Assembly: GCA_030141605.1 (NCBI GenBank)
Contig: JAQGDQ010000115.1
Span: 434,001-498,000 of the forward strand
DNA from: Tubiluchus corallicola
Lineage: Eukaryota; Animalia; Priapulida
Length of the DNA stretch: 64,000 bases
Direction of reading: 5' to 3'
A model generated the notes under the pieces. That model saw nothing but the letters and a program-made list of their open reading frames with translations, was not told the origin of the DNA and made no database searches. This document shows, in pieces, positions 1 through 15,200 of the stretch; the stretch's first letter is position 1; every line of letters begins with the position of its first letter. A program made the position numbers and the translations under genes.

Positions 1-820
1 AAACTAAATTTGTATACATCCAGCCTGAACTGCATTTTATATATTTTGTACTTGTGGTCTCTTGTTACTGAGGGACAGCAATCAGAGAACATTGCAGTAT
101 CCAAGTCTGTGCACATTTTATACATCTCAATTAAGCGGCCTTTAGTATGTTGCATGCAAGGCTGTATAGCCTGAGTTCCTGAAGTTTTCCTCATATGTAC
201 TGCTCTTTAATGCAGAGACCATATTCACTGCTCTTTCTCGGATTTTCTCTAGAGCTGAAATATCCTTGACATAATGTGGGCTCCAAACTTGGCTTACATT
301 TTCGATGTGCGGCTTCACTAAGGCTTTATATATTGGTATGATGATGTCTGTATTCCTACTAACAATTGTTCGAGAGATAGCTCCAAGTATCTGATGTGCC
401 TTGGTGACTTTATCATTGACATGTACGTGGAATTTCAGTTGGTCATCCACAACAACATTCAAGTATTTCTCTGAAGTAACCACTGGTACTAATCTTCCAT
501 CAAATTGTTATTGGTATTCGTGATTGTTCTTCCCAAGATGTAGCACTTTGCATGTTTTGCCTGCTGTGTTAAAAGTCATTTGCCAGGATTTGGCCCACTG
601 GTTTATTTTGTTTAAATTGGCATGCAAGTCAGCAACAGATTGTGGAGAGAATACAAACCCTGCAACCTTAGTATCGTCTGCAAATTTGCTCAATTTTGAG
701 ATGATACAGCTATCAATGTCGTTACTGAAGGTCAAGAACAACAATGGTCCTATTACGCTACTTTGGGGTACTGAAGAAAGAACTGGAAGTGTCGATGATT
801 GTTTGTTCTGTATCAAAGGA
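1..820 (-). mobile_element. 5'-truncated, frameshifted CR1-type LINE reverse transcriptase remnant (runs off the window start)
   Basis: ORFs 508..816 and 142..483 carry RT motifs SSVPQSSVIGPLLF, KFADDTKV, WQMTFN..CKVLHLG, IYKALVKPHIENVSQVWSPHY and LEKIRERA, typical of CR1-clade ORF2. They are broken by stops and frameshifts. Confidence 0.9.
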
Positions 821-2124
821 GGTTATACAGGAGGAGAGTAAGCCAACTATGAAAAACTGGACAAGGTTGTGTTTGGCTAGCTACTCAGTGGATGAGACAT
901 TGGTGCAAGACACGGAAAACATGGTTTACTCACCACGAAGGTGAGTTACGAAGTTAATAACAATAACAACGTGACCGAGACCTATGAATTGTGCACTTTG
1001 TGCCGACGGTGCGCATTGAAAAACGCTACATCACTACATGCAAGTTTAGGTTTCATTAATTAGATTATGACTGCAAATGCCAGAATGTTCCTGCTATTGC
1101 GGCTTATTTTACAATCATTACCCAGTGCAGGTAATGTGTTGAAAAGAATGAGTTTAGACTTCTCACTCACGTTGCCATAACGAAAAACAAGCGTTGATTT
1201 TGAACTCGCATCGAAACCTGCCAGCGTCTAATTTAACTTAAGGTGTAATTAAACTAGTGAGGAATTCCTAAAATTAAAACGTAAAGTCAGAGAAGAACTT
1301 CGTTTTTAGGCTTTACTCAAGAACACCTATTGGCAATATGGGACTGCTTTCAAGAAAGCTCATTTTTCCTCGAAGTCAAGCGACGATTTCCTGTATTTGA
1401 GGTTCAGTTTCTGCTCTGCTTACATGGCAAACATGAATTTGCAAAGTATGAAATTATTGTTAAGCTAATAAAATTTTATGTGTTATTTTTTCATTTGGCA
1501 ATGATATTCATTTATTTTATTCAATGATTCTTATCTGTTAATGGACTGTTAGTATGAGTGGAAGTTTCGTAGTTGTTCAATGATGAATGCTAAGAGAGCA
1601 AGAGCTAGGCTAACAAAGTACGGGTACATAGTTCCTAGGTTCAGCCTAGCAAAACTGGAGCTTGTTTATCAGTATGTTAGGCCAATACAGAACTTAGTAT
1701 TCCTTCCTCAGCCTGGCAAGCGTGCAGCTTGTTGTCTGTCAAAATGTTACAGATTGTGCGACAACTTCACAGTCGTTAGATCTGTGGATGCAAGTAGTGT
1801 TGTTACATTATCTGCTTCTGGCCTTACATAGAACATGTAATTGCAGTCCTGCGGCCTAGAAAACTGTTTAACAAGTACTTGGTTAACTGTTAATATGTGC
1901 CACATTGTAGCTGTGTCGCTATGATGATTCAAGTAGACATTCCACTGGCTGACGCTGATTGATAAAAGTAGACATGTACATCACTTTACCTCTTAAGTAA
2001 TTATAATAATTTTATAAAAGTTAAAAATGTCATATTAATTTATAATAGAACTTTCCGCAATGTTTGCTATCTACAAAGTATTATTTTGGTGAAAAAGTGA
2101 TAATTTTGTTATTACCTGCCCCTC

Positions 2125-2390
2125 TTCGACCGTTCCAATATTCGACCTGACCTCAATTTAATTAATTAATTATACAAAACCAGTTATAGCTCCTATTTCC
2201 TTCTATTTTTTAAACTTTAAATCATTTTCTGCTTTGATAAATTTATCGTAGGCTCCACCATACTTAGCGGTTACTTAGTACACAAACAACGTCTTGCGTG
2301 TAAGACGCTTTAATGTACGGGTCCGACTAGTATTCGTCTTAATGACCAATCCACTGAAACATATTGTGGTTGTAAGTTGATGACTACCTG
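2125..2390. mobile_element. Partial Tigger/pogo-like MITE, same family as 12381..12688
   Basis: The right TIR GTTGTAAGTTGATGACTACCTG is followed by TA. The interior aligns by eye with 12420-12688. Confidence 0.7.
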
Positions 2391-3192
2391 TAAATGCTGA
2401 AATATAGTGTATTAATTTACACATAAAAAAGTCAACTGATAAACAAAGGTTAGAGAAAAACTAATGGATATTTACTGTAATATTTTCCAAGGGTGAGAAA
2501 GCCCCAAAATGGAAGTTGGGACTGCACAATCGATGTTTGCTGTATGAAGTTTTTTTAGTAATAGAAAAAACTTAAACCTTGTAGTCCAGTTCCCGCTCTT
2601 ACCTAAAAGCTACAGAACTCCCTCATGTACATCGAAAATTTCTTGCTGACATTTATTGGTACATAGTGTTCAGTCAAAATTTTGAAAAAAGTCTGGTAGA
2701 TGGGCTTGAGAAATTGCTGCGGGAAAATGCAGGTCTCTCGTGAAAATCAAAATTTTTAAATCAACCTTCTGCTCCCACTGTCGGACATTTTTGGCGATCT
2801 TACCATTACTGGCTTGTCTCCTGATTTTGTTCTTTCCTAATTAGGAATATAACTTTTGCGAAAAACAGTGGAAAACAAACATTTTGTAGGTATTTCTCGA
2901 GCCACCATTCATCTCGATGATACAGATTCGATAAATAAACCACTAACAAGACCATACTAAATTACCTTTTGTAAGAATATTTGCTGAGTTACACTGTGTG
3001 ACTGTGACTCTATGCTATGCTGAAAATTGACATGAGACTTGTGTTTCATCGCAGGCTGGTTGCAAGTCTATAGAGGCATCTCTGAATCTTATTGGTTGTC
3101 AAAACGTGATCAAAAATACTGTACTATAACACTGACGATATTGTAATTTCTTGATATTTTGTAATATTGCACTAATTTAAATTGTTTTTGAC

Positions 3193-3278
3193 ATGATAGG
3201 TGTGGGCACTATTGACTCGAACACACTATTTGAAAAGTACACTGTGGACGAAATTCGGGAACTGGAAAAAAATGTGAA
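3193..3278 (+). CDS. COG1: COG1 coding exon 1 (5' boundary uncertain)
   Basis: MIGVGTIDSNTLFEKYTVDEIRELEKNV; donor GTCTGT. ATAG at 3196-3199 could instead be a splice acceptor. Confidence 0.8.
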
Positions 3279-6200
3279 GTCTGTATTTTTTACTAACACA
3301 ATTTTAACATAAAATAATTAGTGATGACTGCAACAGTAATCACTCCATTTGTTTAGAATGTTAAATAAAGAAAATTTGTGACATTTGATTAAGTATTTAC
3401 ACGTGACTTTAACTCTTATGATTACTATAGATTCTTAGAAGTGTACTAAATGAACTTTTGCACTATATGTTTAGCGATGCATTCAACAAGTGACATATTT
3501 TAGTATCACATATATTATCTCTACCACAAGTTAAGATGGCAATAATATGCAAAATTTATGTATAAACGAATAAATGAACAATTGCTATTATTATGTTAAA
3601 AAATGAAGTGGTAAGAGCTGTGTGGTCAACATCGTAGTATTTTACCAGGTGAATTTACTAGCAAGATTGGAATAAGCTGAACCTAGCCTAGAGGGGTGCT
3701 TTTTTATGGTGACGCTGTTAAAACATCCGTTATTTATGTATAATTTGCTAAAAACCTTTGTTCTTTGAGTTTTGTTATTGTGCCTTTAGTGTGCATTTGA
3801 ATATGCGTGATTGGATGATACGATCTATTGTTATCCACTAATGTCTGGAAGTACTTTGAATTGCAAAACTGATAACATATATTAAAATATTTTTTGCTTT
3901 TGCAGAAATGAAATCGAGAAGAAAAAAGAAGACTTGAGGCAGATGGTCGGGTGAGCGTTATGGATTATCTTTGTGCATCTTTTTTTATAATAGTAGCCAT
4001 GATTAGGTGTGAACATTAGAGCAGTAATGATACACCTAGATCACGATACCTGTCACAATGCACCTGAGTTAATGTTTGCAGGCTTTATAAAAAACTAGGT
4101 GAGGCTGTTTATAATAAATGCTAAACATATTTATCAATCAACAGTTTTAGGATTGCTAAATGCTATAATAATCCGACAATTGATTTTTTTATTACTTGCA
4201 TGATGCGCAGGCTATTATTTACATTGTAAGCCACCAGAAAAACAAAACATATCAATACTTTAGGTTTAAACGTTGCTTGTGCATTTTCTGGTTCATGTTT
4301 ACAGTTTCACATGTTTGTATTCACACAACACAATTATCCAACTACAGCTGACACACCTTGCGATTTTAACCACTTTGGCTTCCATTTGTGCCATAAGTCA
4401 AATACTGCTCACTGCACTGAGTGTTACATATCTAGGGTACACTCTGCAGCTGCAGATTAAATTACTTCACATTGTTTATATGGATCGTTGAAATTATTTA
4501 AATCCATAATTTCAGGTTCAGGTTAATTCGAACATTCAAACCCTTAGGTTAAGTGCTCATTTCTTGTAAATATAGCTTATTCCTTGTATAAACGAATGTT
4601 TCTCCACCCTTCAGGAACTTCAAATGACCAAAATCAGATATACAGTGTTGTAATGTCAACATATTAGGCTGAATTTTAATTGTGTTTGTTACTTTCCAAG
4701 TTGTTATTTACATCTAGAACCGTTGTCATTTGTCACATTTTGAATTTTCAAATTTAGTTGTTTTTTTGTTTTTGATTTTTTCAACAGGGAGCGATACCGT
4801 GACTTGATAGAAGCTGCTGATACTATTAAAGAGATGAAAACCAGTGTTGAGAGTGTTGTTACGTCCATACATAGCATGCAGTCCTGTTTCAATAATCTTG
4901 CTAAAGTGCCACAGGTGCTTCCAAAGCCAGACAGTAAATTTTACCAACAAGCCAGCGGAGATCGTAAAGAAAAGAACAGTTTTTATTCTGTAGTAGCTCA
5001 AATAAAGCTGTTGCTTGATTTGCCTGAAAAGGTGAGAGTTTCGTATTAATTTTTTTGATAATGATCACAAAGTAAAACATGTTTAAAAAAATTAATATCA
5101 TTGTTATGTTAGTTTTGAAATCTTGTGACCTTTTTGCACCTTTTCTTATTCTCAGTCAATTTTGCTTTAGTACAGTGCATTATCAGTGCTACAATAAATG
5201 CCGTATAATAATATCATGAATAACAAAACCTGCTACATCTAAGTGATATCTTAGAGCCTTCTAAACATGGTCTTGAATTATTCCATAGAAACTATATTGT
5301 TAAGGAACACCCGTTAGATAACCAGGTTACAGCATTTTAAGTGATAAGTAACAGAACAGAAAACAATAAAAACTCAAAAATAAAATGTAATATTTTGGTA
5401 GTTAGTTAAATTTTATTACATGCTGAAATTAAAACTGTATTCCTGTATCAATGATTTTGCTCTACGAATCAAAGCGAATTCTTTTGTCATAACCATTACA
5501 TAATGATCGCTGCACTAGTCTACACTGCTGCAAATGATTTGGATAATCTGCTATAGAGTGTAGCGGTGTAAACTGTGAATGTTAGTTTACCAGACAATGA
5601 GTCATTACAGTGTACTGTTCCGGTGTACACAGCATGCATTATTAGCCTATGGTATACTAAGTCACTTTTATAATTAATAGTTTGCATAGGTGCTGCAATA
5701 GTTTGTGGTTTTCAGAATACAAGTGCTTATGTAAACAAACTGTATAGTAGAATTATCTTTTATTAAGTCCACTTATTATTAGCTTCCCAAATGGTTTTGT
5801 TAAGCACCAATTACTGGAACACCAATAAAAACAATGAAATAATATTTATATAATGCAAATATACAAGCCACAATTAAAGATACCAGAATAAACGATTTTT
5901 AAAATGTTATTGTGGTACATTTACGATGGTAATGCTGATATGCCTTTGTGCTATTCCACTAACTAAAGTTATATTACAATAATCGAAGGTGCGTCGTGAT
6001 TCTTCGGCTGAACTTTGACAACTGCATAGACTGGGCGTGCACACTTCTAACTCGAGTTGGCCAGCTTTATGAACTTTTTTGCAAATCTTTTGGAGACCCA
6101 CTTGTAATTGTCTTCCATTGTTTCAATTAAAATCACATTTGTAGTATGTCTTCTGCTTAAATTGAGTTAAAAACATTTTTAGATTTTGCTGAAAATTGGA

Positions 6201-9200
6201 GTTGGCATATTTGACCCATTCCATGTGTATTTCGTGTTATTTAAATTGACAACACTTTTACTTATTTTTATCTAAAACAGATTTGGGCAGCTGCAGATCA
6301 GCATAATTATTTGAAAGCAACACAGCTTTACCTGTTAGCTCGTCACATTCACACTGGTTTACACCTGGACAGTGCGTCAGCTCAATCGGCACAGATCATT
6401 TCTCAGTTTCCGCTTCTCACTCGACAATGGTCTGCCATTAGTCAATTTAAGTCTGCAATATTACAGGTATGATGGCTTCTTTTCTTTTTCAGTTATGATT
6501 TCTGCTTTCTGCTTTCTGCTTGCATTTGTTTGGATAATAAAATTAAGGAACTTTCACAATAGGGTGAGCAGATTATTGAGTGATCACATTATATGCTTGG
6601 ATATGAAGTTAAACAGTGTCAGTTGAGGTTAATAAATGGATGGGTGATAGCGCGGAAAGCTACTTCAGGCTGGTTACTCTCACAGTTGTGGAACTATTAG
6701 TACAACTAGTACAATTGTGGAACTATTACTGCAATTAGTACAGTTGTGGAACTATTAGTGCAACTAGTACAGTTATGGAACTATTAGTGCGACTAGTACA
6801 ATTCTGGAACTATTATTGCAACTATTTTGATAGAGTTAAATATGAACTAGAGGTTTTTAGAAATTGATAATATTTTTTTTATTCTTTAGGGATGCAGAGC
6901 AATTTTAAAAGATGCTAGTGCTTCACAGCAGGTGAGTTTATCCTAAACACATCGAACACATCGATGACTGCTTAACCTATAATATATTGCTTCAAAATGT
7001 TTCTTATTTCATTTCGTTTTCTGTGAAATAAGTATGTGATGTCTGCTGAATTAAAAACTAGCTTAAATAAGCTGTTATGTAAAAATTATGATTACAAATA
7101 ATCAATGATTAATTTAATCTACCCATGTGGGTTAACAGGTATAAGTGGTTCACATATTTCATATAATTGACATTAACCTCTATAATAATGTTACTAAATT
7201 TATCATTACAGCTAACTACCGATTGTTTGTGCTCAATTTTACTACTAGAGGACAGCACTCCAAGACAGATGTATACTGAATTCTTATTGGCCAGAGCAGT
7301 AAGTAATGAAACTTAAGTAATGCATAATACGAAGGTGTTTTTCATAAGTTGTCAAAGATAAGTTGTTCCTACTAAAAAAAATGTCTCAAAATTTTGTGTC
7401 ACCTAAAAACTGTCTTGTTGCTCACAGAGTTTGTATTAGCAGCAACTCGGTATAAAACTTGTAAATTAAAACTCCTATGATGACCGTTAGATGCAGCCAT
7501 TTTGATGTTAGGTCATTTGAGACGAGTTTAGATAACATTGCGCAAAGTTTGAAAAAATAGTCAGAACATTCATAGGGCACACATCACTGACTAAGCAAAA
7601 ATATATTTTATCTTCTCAATAAACTTAAAATTACATTTTTTTGGTGAGTCAGTGACATTTTAACAGTTGGCTCAAACATTTTAAACTACTAAGAATTTTC
7701 TTTTCTAATTAAGTCTTTCGAGCAGGTAAGCATAATTCTGAGTAATATAACTCTGCATGGTATGTTTTTGGAGTATACCTTAAAATTGACTTTTTTTCCC
7801 TTTAAGATTACAGTATGAAATTTTAATTTTGTTTTGAGAGTGTATACTGGCAAATTTGATTGTGGGGATGCTGTGAGGCTTTTGTAAAAATATTTCAGGA
7901 AAAGTTTCCTATGCTCAATGATGCTATAGTAGTTGTTTGTGTTTCAGAATGCAGTACAGCAATTATTTTGTTCAAGCGCACACATGCTGAGTATCAAAGC
8001 ATTAGTGTGCAGTGTCGTAGAACTGGTTTGTAGTACACTACAGGAGATCAACAACATCTTTTACTCACACGGATGTGCTGATAGTGATGGTATTGCTCGC
8101 TTACATATTGTTTAGAATCACTAGTAGAATTATGAATTTTTAAGTCAAAAATATGTGCAGTGATACTTTGTTTTAAAAATGGGATGACTTTTCTTACAAA
8201 ATTAGATCAACTTGTGACATATGAAATTTAGAAACATTAACTAAGGAGTCTTAAATGCAGAAACTATCAGCCAGCCATTCATTTGTTACCAGTTATTGTT
8301 TGTGTTGTCAGGTCTCTTTTAACATATGAAAAACTGTTTCGTCTGTTTAAGAAATAGACTGCCAAAGCAATGTGTATGCTCATTTTTACTGCCCTGCAGA
8401 TCGCAGAGAATATCAGTAATGCAGAGAGTGCAGAGAATATCGGTAATGCAGAGAGTGCAGAGAATATCAGCAATGTGGAATTTGTACTGTTGTCTGTACA
8501 AGTTATCTATTTAGATTCAGAAAATTCTTAGTTTTACTTGTGTTGCTGGCTTGTCTAGCTAATTTTGGATTAGCTTTGGGCCAAATCAGCTAATTAAACA
8601 TAACAGCAAAGATAACATCCAGACTGCCTACCTGTATATTATGTTTTTGTTTTTTCCCAAGTTAGTTGGACAGACGTTGTTGGCACTTGAGGATAATGTC
8701 ATAATACTGCTTACATGCAGACTTGCCAGCCGTACTATATTAAGCATTGGCCATCTAAGTTGAAACTATTCTAAGCTGATGTTGTCTCAAATTAATGTTC
8801 CTCTAATGCTGATTAGCCTTTTTAAAATGATTAAGCTAATTTTGAATCTTAATTTTAATTTTCAGATGACTGTGATTTGCTGTTGAAATCTTTGAATAAA
8901 ATTACTACCACTGATCAACTTGGTAAGTAGTTAGAATCTCATAATTTGTACTTGCATCAATATAGAAAGTTGGTTTTTGTAATCAGCTATGTTTCTTTAA
9001 TTTTTAGTTCCTCATTATAAGTATTTTTTTATCTAATTCTTTGGTTAAAAGTGATGTTTTACCATCTGCATCATTTTAATTATTGCTATCCCCAATAGAA
9101 GGTGTGCCTTGCTAGCTTTATACCAATAAGGATGAATTGTTATTTTTCGTAAATCTTTGGTCTGTTTAACATTTGTTATTAACGTTTTTGCAGCTATTGG

Positions 9201-12200
9201 GTGGTCCCAGAAATCTTCCTTTATGAAACATCTGCCGGACACTGTCGTCGGTTTTCACCCAGTTCTCCGAACTCCGGCAACGGAGATTGCTGCCCAGTCT
9301 CTGAAACAAAATTGCCATCAGTGGATAACAACGTACGATGAGTATTGGTTTAATAATTAGGCTTTGGGCTTAGGCAGCACATAAGAGATTTTTTTTTATA
9401 AAATTCGACACACTGTAAGCCAGGAGCCAGCATTCGACAAACTAACCTTTGAGGTATCGGACTGGCAGAGGTATCTTGGCAATGTTTGGATGTGATATAC
9501 ATCCTTCCTTTATGAAGCAAACAACCAGTATCAGTTTGGTGATTAAAGCTGTCTAGAGTGAGTAGTAAACTGGTTCGTCCATGCATTCACTGTCCAGCCC
9601 TGCGTCTATGCATTCACTGTTCAGCCCTGGCACCCTTGTTAACTTTGGTCGCCAGTCAGTCATCACGCCATGACCACATACCCATGTGCCTTGCCTCATA
9701 TGTCTGTGAAACATCCTTTCTTTACTTCAACAGTACTTTCATCTGAGCCAAAATAATCTCTTATTAATACATGTTGTGTCCATTTATGACTGCGTTAATT
9801 GCATGCTGTTATTAATAGCTAAGTGGCCACAGTTACTTAAGAACTGAAGTTAAACAACATTAACCCAGGTTAGTAAATGCGTGGGTTGTGAAGGAAAAAT
9901 TGTTTTATTGGTTGGTTTTATCAGCCACACTGTACCTAGCAATTTATTTCGTCAGATGTTTTTAGACACATCTGTTTGTGACTAGGATACCTTAGCCATT
10001 TGAATGTCTCTTCTTTGAGAATTATAAAAATTAATGAGCGAAGTTCCACTCCAGCCACACATACTTTAAGTAACCCTGCCATTGACGGCTGATGAAATGT
10101 TAACGGCTTTGTTAAATGCACAACTGTATAAATATAGATTGCTATCCAATAATTAAAGCTTCAGAGTTAACAAAAGTACGTGTAAAGTGTCCTTTTATAC
10201 ATTTTAGAAAAAAATTCAGTTTTGGTGTTATTAAAGAAGTTTCATGGCTGAGTTTTATCGTTTGTAATCAGCAGTCTCCAGAAAGTTCAATTTCTGTACA
10301 CACACAAATGTTTCAGACGAGTGCTTTATAACCAACACTATTAAAAAACCAATTGCAACAATTAAAACTACTTATACATGAGAGTAGCATAACCTCTGTA
10401 AAATTTGCAAGTTTTTTGGGTCTGCATATTTTTTGTTTTAAATTTCATGTCAGATCTGTCTCTGATAAGTGATCATGTAAACTGACTTTACAGGTGCATT
10501 CAAGATGTGCACTCTGGAGTTGCTGCTCAATTGGCTCACATCGACAACGTCACCGCCCTATCCACCATTCGAGAAGTAGTTTGGCAACTGTTGGGCGAAG
10601 ACAGATTGTGCAAGAATTGGCAGGGTACTTGTAACAATGTACTGGGCCGGAATCTTCTCGTCTGGGAGGAGTTCTTACGACCGTTGTTTCTGCACAGAAT
10701 CCAAGTACAACTTTCTTTCAGAAATAACTTGATGTGATGAAATCTCTTTTGTTATTATTGACATTTTTTGGTTTTAAATGCCAACATTTCAGCAAATACG
10801 TTTGCATTTTCAAGGTGAATTGTGAGTAGTAACAACATGTTTATAAACATCCATACACCTGAATACCAATTATCGTATATTAAAAATGCAAAAATACAAC
10901 TAAGTGCCATGATTTTCAACATTTTGTTGCTGATTTAACAGTATTTTAAAAAGAAAGAACCTTTATTAAAACCTTTAAGATATAAAAACACGTCACAGAC
11001 GTTTCAAGTGGAGCCTGCAGTCATCTTGAGTGTAATGCATTCTACAAATACCAATCAGTTCTATAGGCAGAGCTCACAGTACAGAAATTCACTAATTATG
11101 TATTTACAAGGAAGCCAAAGATGTAATGAATGAACAGACCTGTAGAGAAGAAGGATATACAGTAAAAGTATATCTAGGTGTTTGTAGGCAAAGTTAAGTG
11201 AATTGAACTACTTTACACATTAAGAGAAGGCTTGTTAGGGTATGTAGATAAACCTTCATTTATTAATAGGTCTCGGTTATTCCTAGCTTTGGCCATAATG
11301 GTGAAATTAGCTAAGTTTAGCCTTGTGGTCTGAGACACAAATATGGACATGTATGCTAGACTGAGGAGGACTATTTAGTTTCTTGACAGTTCTTGAACAA
11401 ATACCCAGATGTTTAACCTTATTTTAGAGTTTTGCCGTGATAAGCAGCACTGCAGCTGCTACACTGAAATGCCAGCCTGTAGGAATATATAGTATTAACA
11501 GTATACATCGGCATAGTTTTTGTTCTAATTTTAATTTTGTCTTTTTTTCAGGGCATTATTCAACAGGAACTAAACAATACAGTGGATTCTGCAGTAGAAT
11601 TTTTAAACAAAGCACAAAACGATTTGACGCTAGAAAATGACAGGTACAAACAATGGCTGGTGTTTTTCATTATGATGATGAGTTGATAGATTGGTCATTC
11701 ACAAAAGTCTTGATAATGGAATACATCAATCATTTTTAAAAAAAACTTAAACCGAAATTGAGCAAGTGTGAGGATTTTAATGCCAAGTTTGAACTTGAAC
11801 TATAGACTTAAGGATTTGAACATTTAGTGTTTAGAATATTTAGATTAAGGATTAGTGACAGACAAGACAGCACAGCAACTTGTGACTAAGGCAGCTCAGT
11901 CCTAACAGCTCACCAACCAACCCCACATTCCGTTATTAAATTGATGATCTTGAAATTAAGATTTTAAATAATCACTTCATAACGTACAGATTACCCTAGA
12001 TTCAACTCTAATTTATATTCTAATTACTTAGTAATCACTGAAACGTGATTATAAGTAGTAGTTTGAAATGCTGTATTTGGAGACCTGCACTTTTGCACAG
12101 AAAAGGGTTTTTTAATGCCGTTAAATGTGAACATCTGCTTCAAAAACTCTGTAATAGTTATTTATGCTCTTTCTACTTGAAAAGAAGATTCTTAGAAAAT

Positions 12201-15200
12201 TAAATAGTTCATGTCAATGGATATGATGCTATTAGGATGTCATAGACCCATTATTCACCTATACATTAATAGTTCAGAAAAATTATTAAACTTATTTAAG
12301 AAATAACCTAATTTATTTTTACTGAGCTAGTGATTTGTTTATCTCTTACAAAAAATTCCCGTGTTTGAAAATTCACTCTACAGGTAGTCGTCGACTTATG
12401 ACCTTTGCAATTCAAGATTGTTCGACTTTACGATTCGGCCACAACTTAATTAATTATAGAAAACTAATAACAGATCATATTTCCTTCTGCTTTTTAAGTA
12501 AATTAATTTTAACTCATTATCTGTTGTGACAAATTCATCTCTAGATGTCATTATACTTAGTATCCATACACACACATCATCATATGCATAGAGGCACACC
12601 ACTTGAACATATGGGCCTGACTTGCGTCTAAATCGTCTTATGACCAATTGGTCGGAATCGATTGTGATCGTAAGTTGAAGACTACCTGTAATTTCTTAGC
12701 AGACTATTTCACCCATTAAAATAGTTACACCTAGTAATCATCGTTGGAGTTTAATCTTGCAAGTTTGAAACAGTGCTGCTCAAAACGTGATTTTTGTACG
12801 TGTAGTAAGATTGTGTGCAGTTTATATGAAATTTGCAGGCAACGTGTGAAAAATACCTTTCAATAAGATTTTGTTCTTTAACTCTTTCTAGATCAATGGA
12901 ATATGAAAGCAATGTGTTGGTGTACATTTGGACAGAATCTCCCGGTGATATTCCTGCCAATGTTGGCTGGTTGCCAGCATCAGCTCGATCTTGCAAAGAC
13001 AGTGGTGGCCTAATGATGAAAGCCAAGGCTTACACTCCATTTGTGCAAAAGTAAGTGTGACGTTTGTAGTTTTCTTTCTGTTATTGATGTACCCAGCTTT
13101 TTTACCAGATTAAGATTATTTCAGCACTTTATTGTCTCTTTGTGTTTATTTCTTTTCTTTTCTTTTCTTTTCTTTATTTGACTTGTTTGTCTTTCTCGTA
13201 CAGTTTTTGTTTATTTAATAGTCTGTTTGTTATTTTTTCTTCATTTGTTAGTTTGCCCTTTTTTCTGCCCCTTTATTAAATTAATCGCTTAGCCAGTTAA
13301 ACATTTTTCGTCGATTAGTACTCAGATCAAGCGACACTGTTTTGTGTTTAAAAAAATTTAATAAAATGGCTAGGGTTTTAAAAAGTCATTTTGTGAATAA
13401 TCTTCAAGTTCCTCAATGCTTACTCTGTGCTAAAATAAGTATCCTTATTAAATCATTTTCAGCCTGTGTAGTACAGTTGACGAACAGTTGCAGCTTTTGC
13501 TGCAAGACGTCGCCAGTTACACCACCACTGAAATGACAGATAAACCATTGCAGTCTAAACATGAATACAAGAGGGAAGTGGACTTGGAAAACATCTTGAC
13601 CTGTCAGCAGATTTCTTGCAAAGATGGCTTCCAGAGGTATGACTATTAAATCTACTTTGCTATGTCTCTAACACATGAAAGAGGTTTTCTGCTGATTATA
13701 TTTGTTCTATGGATAACGGAAATAGCTGAGTGATCACAGCTTAGCCGCAAAATTAAACTAATCTGATTAGGAAGTGGATGGGTGACCACTGACAACCATA
13801 AAAATTACTTCTGGGTAATTTTGCCTCCATATTGTCCCAGGTTATTTATCTTGTTAACGGAGGATGAGTGTGCATTCAAATATGGCTAAGGCACCTAGTA
13901 TTTGCACCTGTGTAAAGAAAAATGTAGATATGTTAACTATATGAACTGTATGTCAACTTATTTTCAATTGGATTTAAAGCAAAGCAAGACCCAATGTTAA
14001 ACTGTAAATCAAAACGTCCTGTTCTGTAAAATATTGGAAGGAAACATGCTATTTTTTAAAGAATGCCTCACATGAAAGAATTAGTAATACGCAAACACAA
14101 ATTCACGTTCGCGTCATTGGTTCTTTGCTGTTTCGCCATTTGCTAGTTAAACAGGCACTGGTGCCTGCACTTCGGAAAGTGTCGCACAGAAAACAGGTGC
14201 AGTACCTCTACCTTCAGATTTGTTAGTTTGTGACAAACTGCATACGTTCTACAGCTCATGCATGAGCACAACGGGAAATTTGAAATCTGAATTTTTATTT
14301 TAAAAGTTGCCAAGTTTTAGTACAAAACACAAATTCTCTTACAGAAGCACTGTACTTCAATTTTCATTTTCGCAAGCACATGCAACTCGCTCATGGAATA
14401 TTTTTGATGTTGAAAATTATATTAGTTTGATGTTATCAATACTTGGGTCGCCCACCATTAATTAAATTTTTAATCTAATATTTAATTATCAGAAACATTT
14501 TTGCAATATTATTGATGTTAAAATGTACACCTTTTACCATACTTGAAAATGTGGTAGTATATGAAAAATCATCCTTGCTTTCCTTTAAGATGTTGTTATG
14601 GGTTTTTGTAGTACTTGCAAATAGTGCTCAGTTCTTTCATTAATCTGTCAAAGTGATAAGTTGCATTGCCCATGCCCATTAAGTAAAGCTTATACTGAAA
14701 GATTGGTGATTTTGCAAAATTTATTGTGTTTTTAGGTTGCTGAATTTCATGCTCACTGAGTTGGAACGACATAAATCAATCTTAGCACAAGAAAGTACTA
14801 CTGAGAGCACACTTTGGCACAGCATGAATTGGTAAATAACGTAAATTTTGCTTAGTAACATCTTAATAGTTCAATGTGTATTTTTTCCTTAGAATGTAGT
14901 AGAAACTGTTTAGAGTTTAACAACTATTGTAGAAGCTGGCAGCCAAAGCTTATATAATGATAAACATATAGATGTTTATAGATATTTAGATGTTTTGGTA
15001 ATAGTAATAGTAACAACTTGATGGTGCTTGTAATAGTAATTAATTGTGATACTATTGGTAGTGAGAGTGGCTATACTTTAATCCAACTTTAATGATTTTT
15101 CATTTACTTTATTTTCAGTATTCTCCTATTGGCACGTTTCTGCAATGGTATGACACAGTCGAGCCCTGGCTTGACCCAATGTCTGGCTGGCAAAGAGACG

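Noticed and set aside
6682-6824. 29-bp repeat array as a CRISPR array
   Set aside because: The units are head to tail with no unique spacers, sit in a eukaryotic intron, and have no cas genes nearby.
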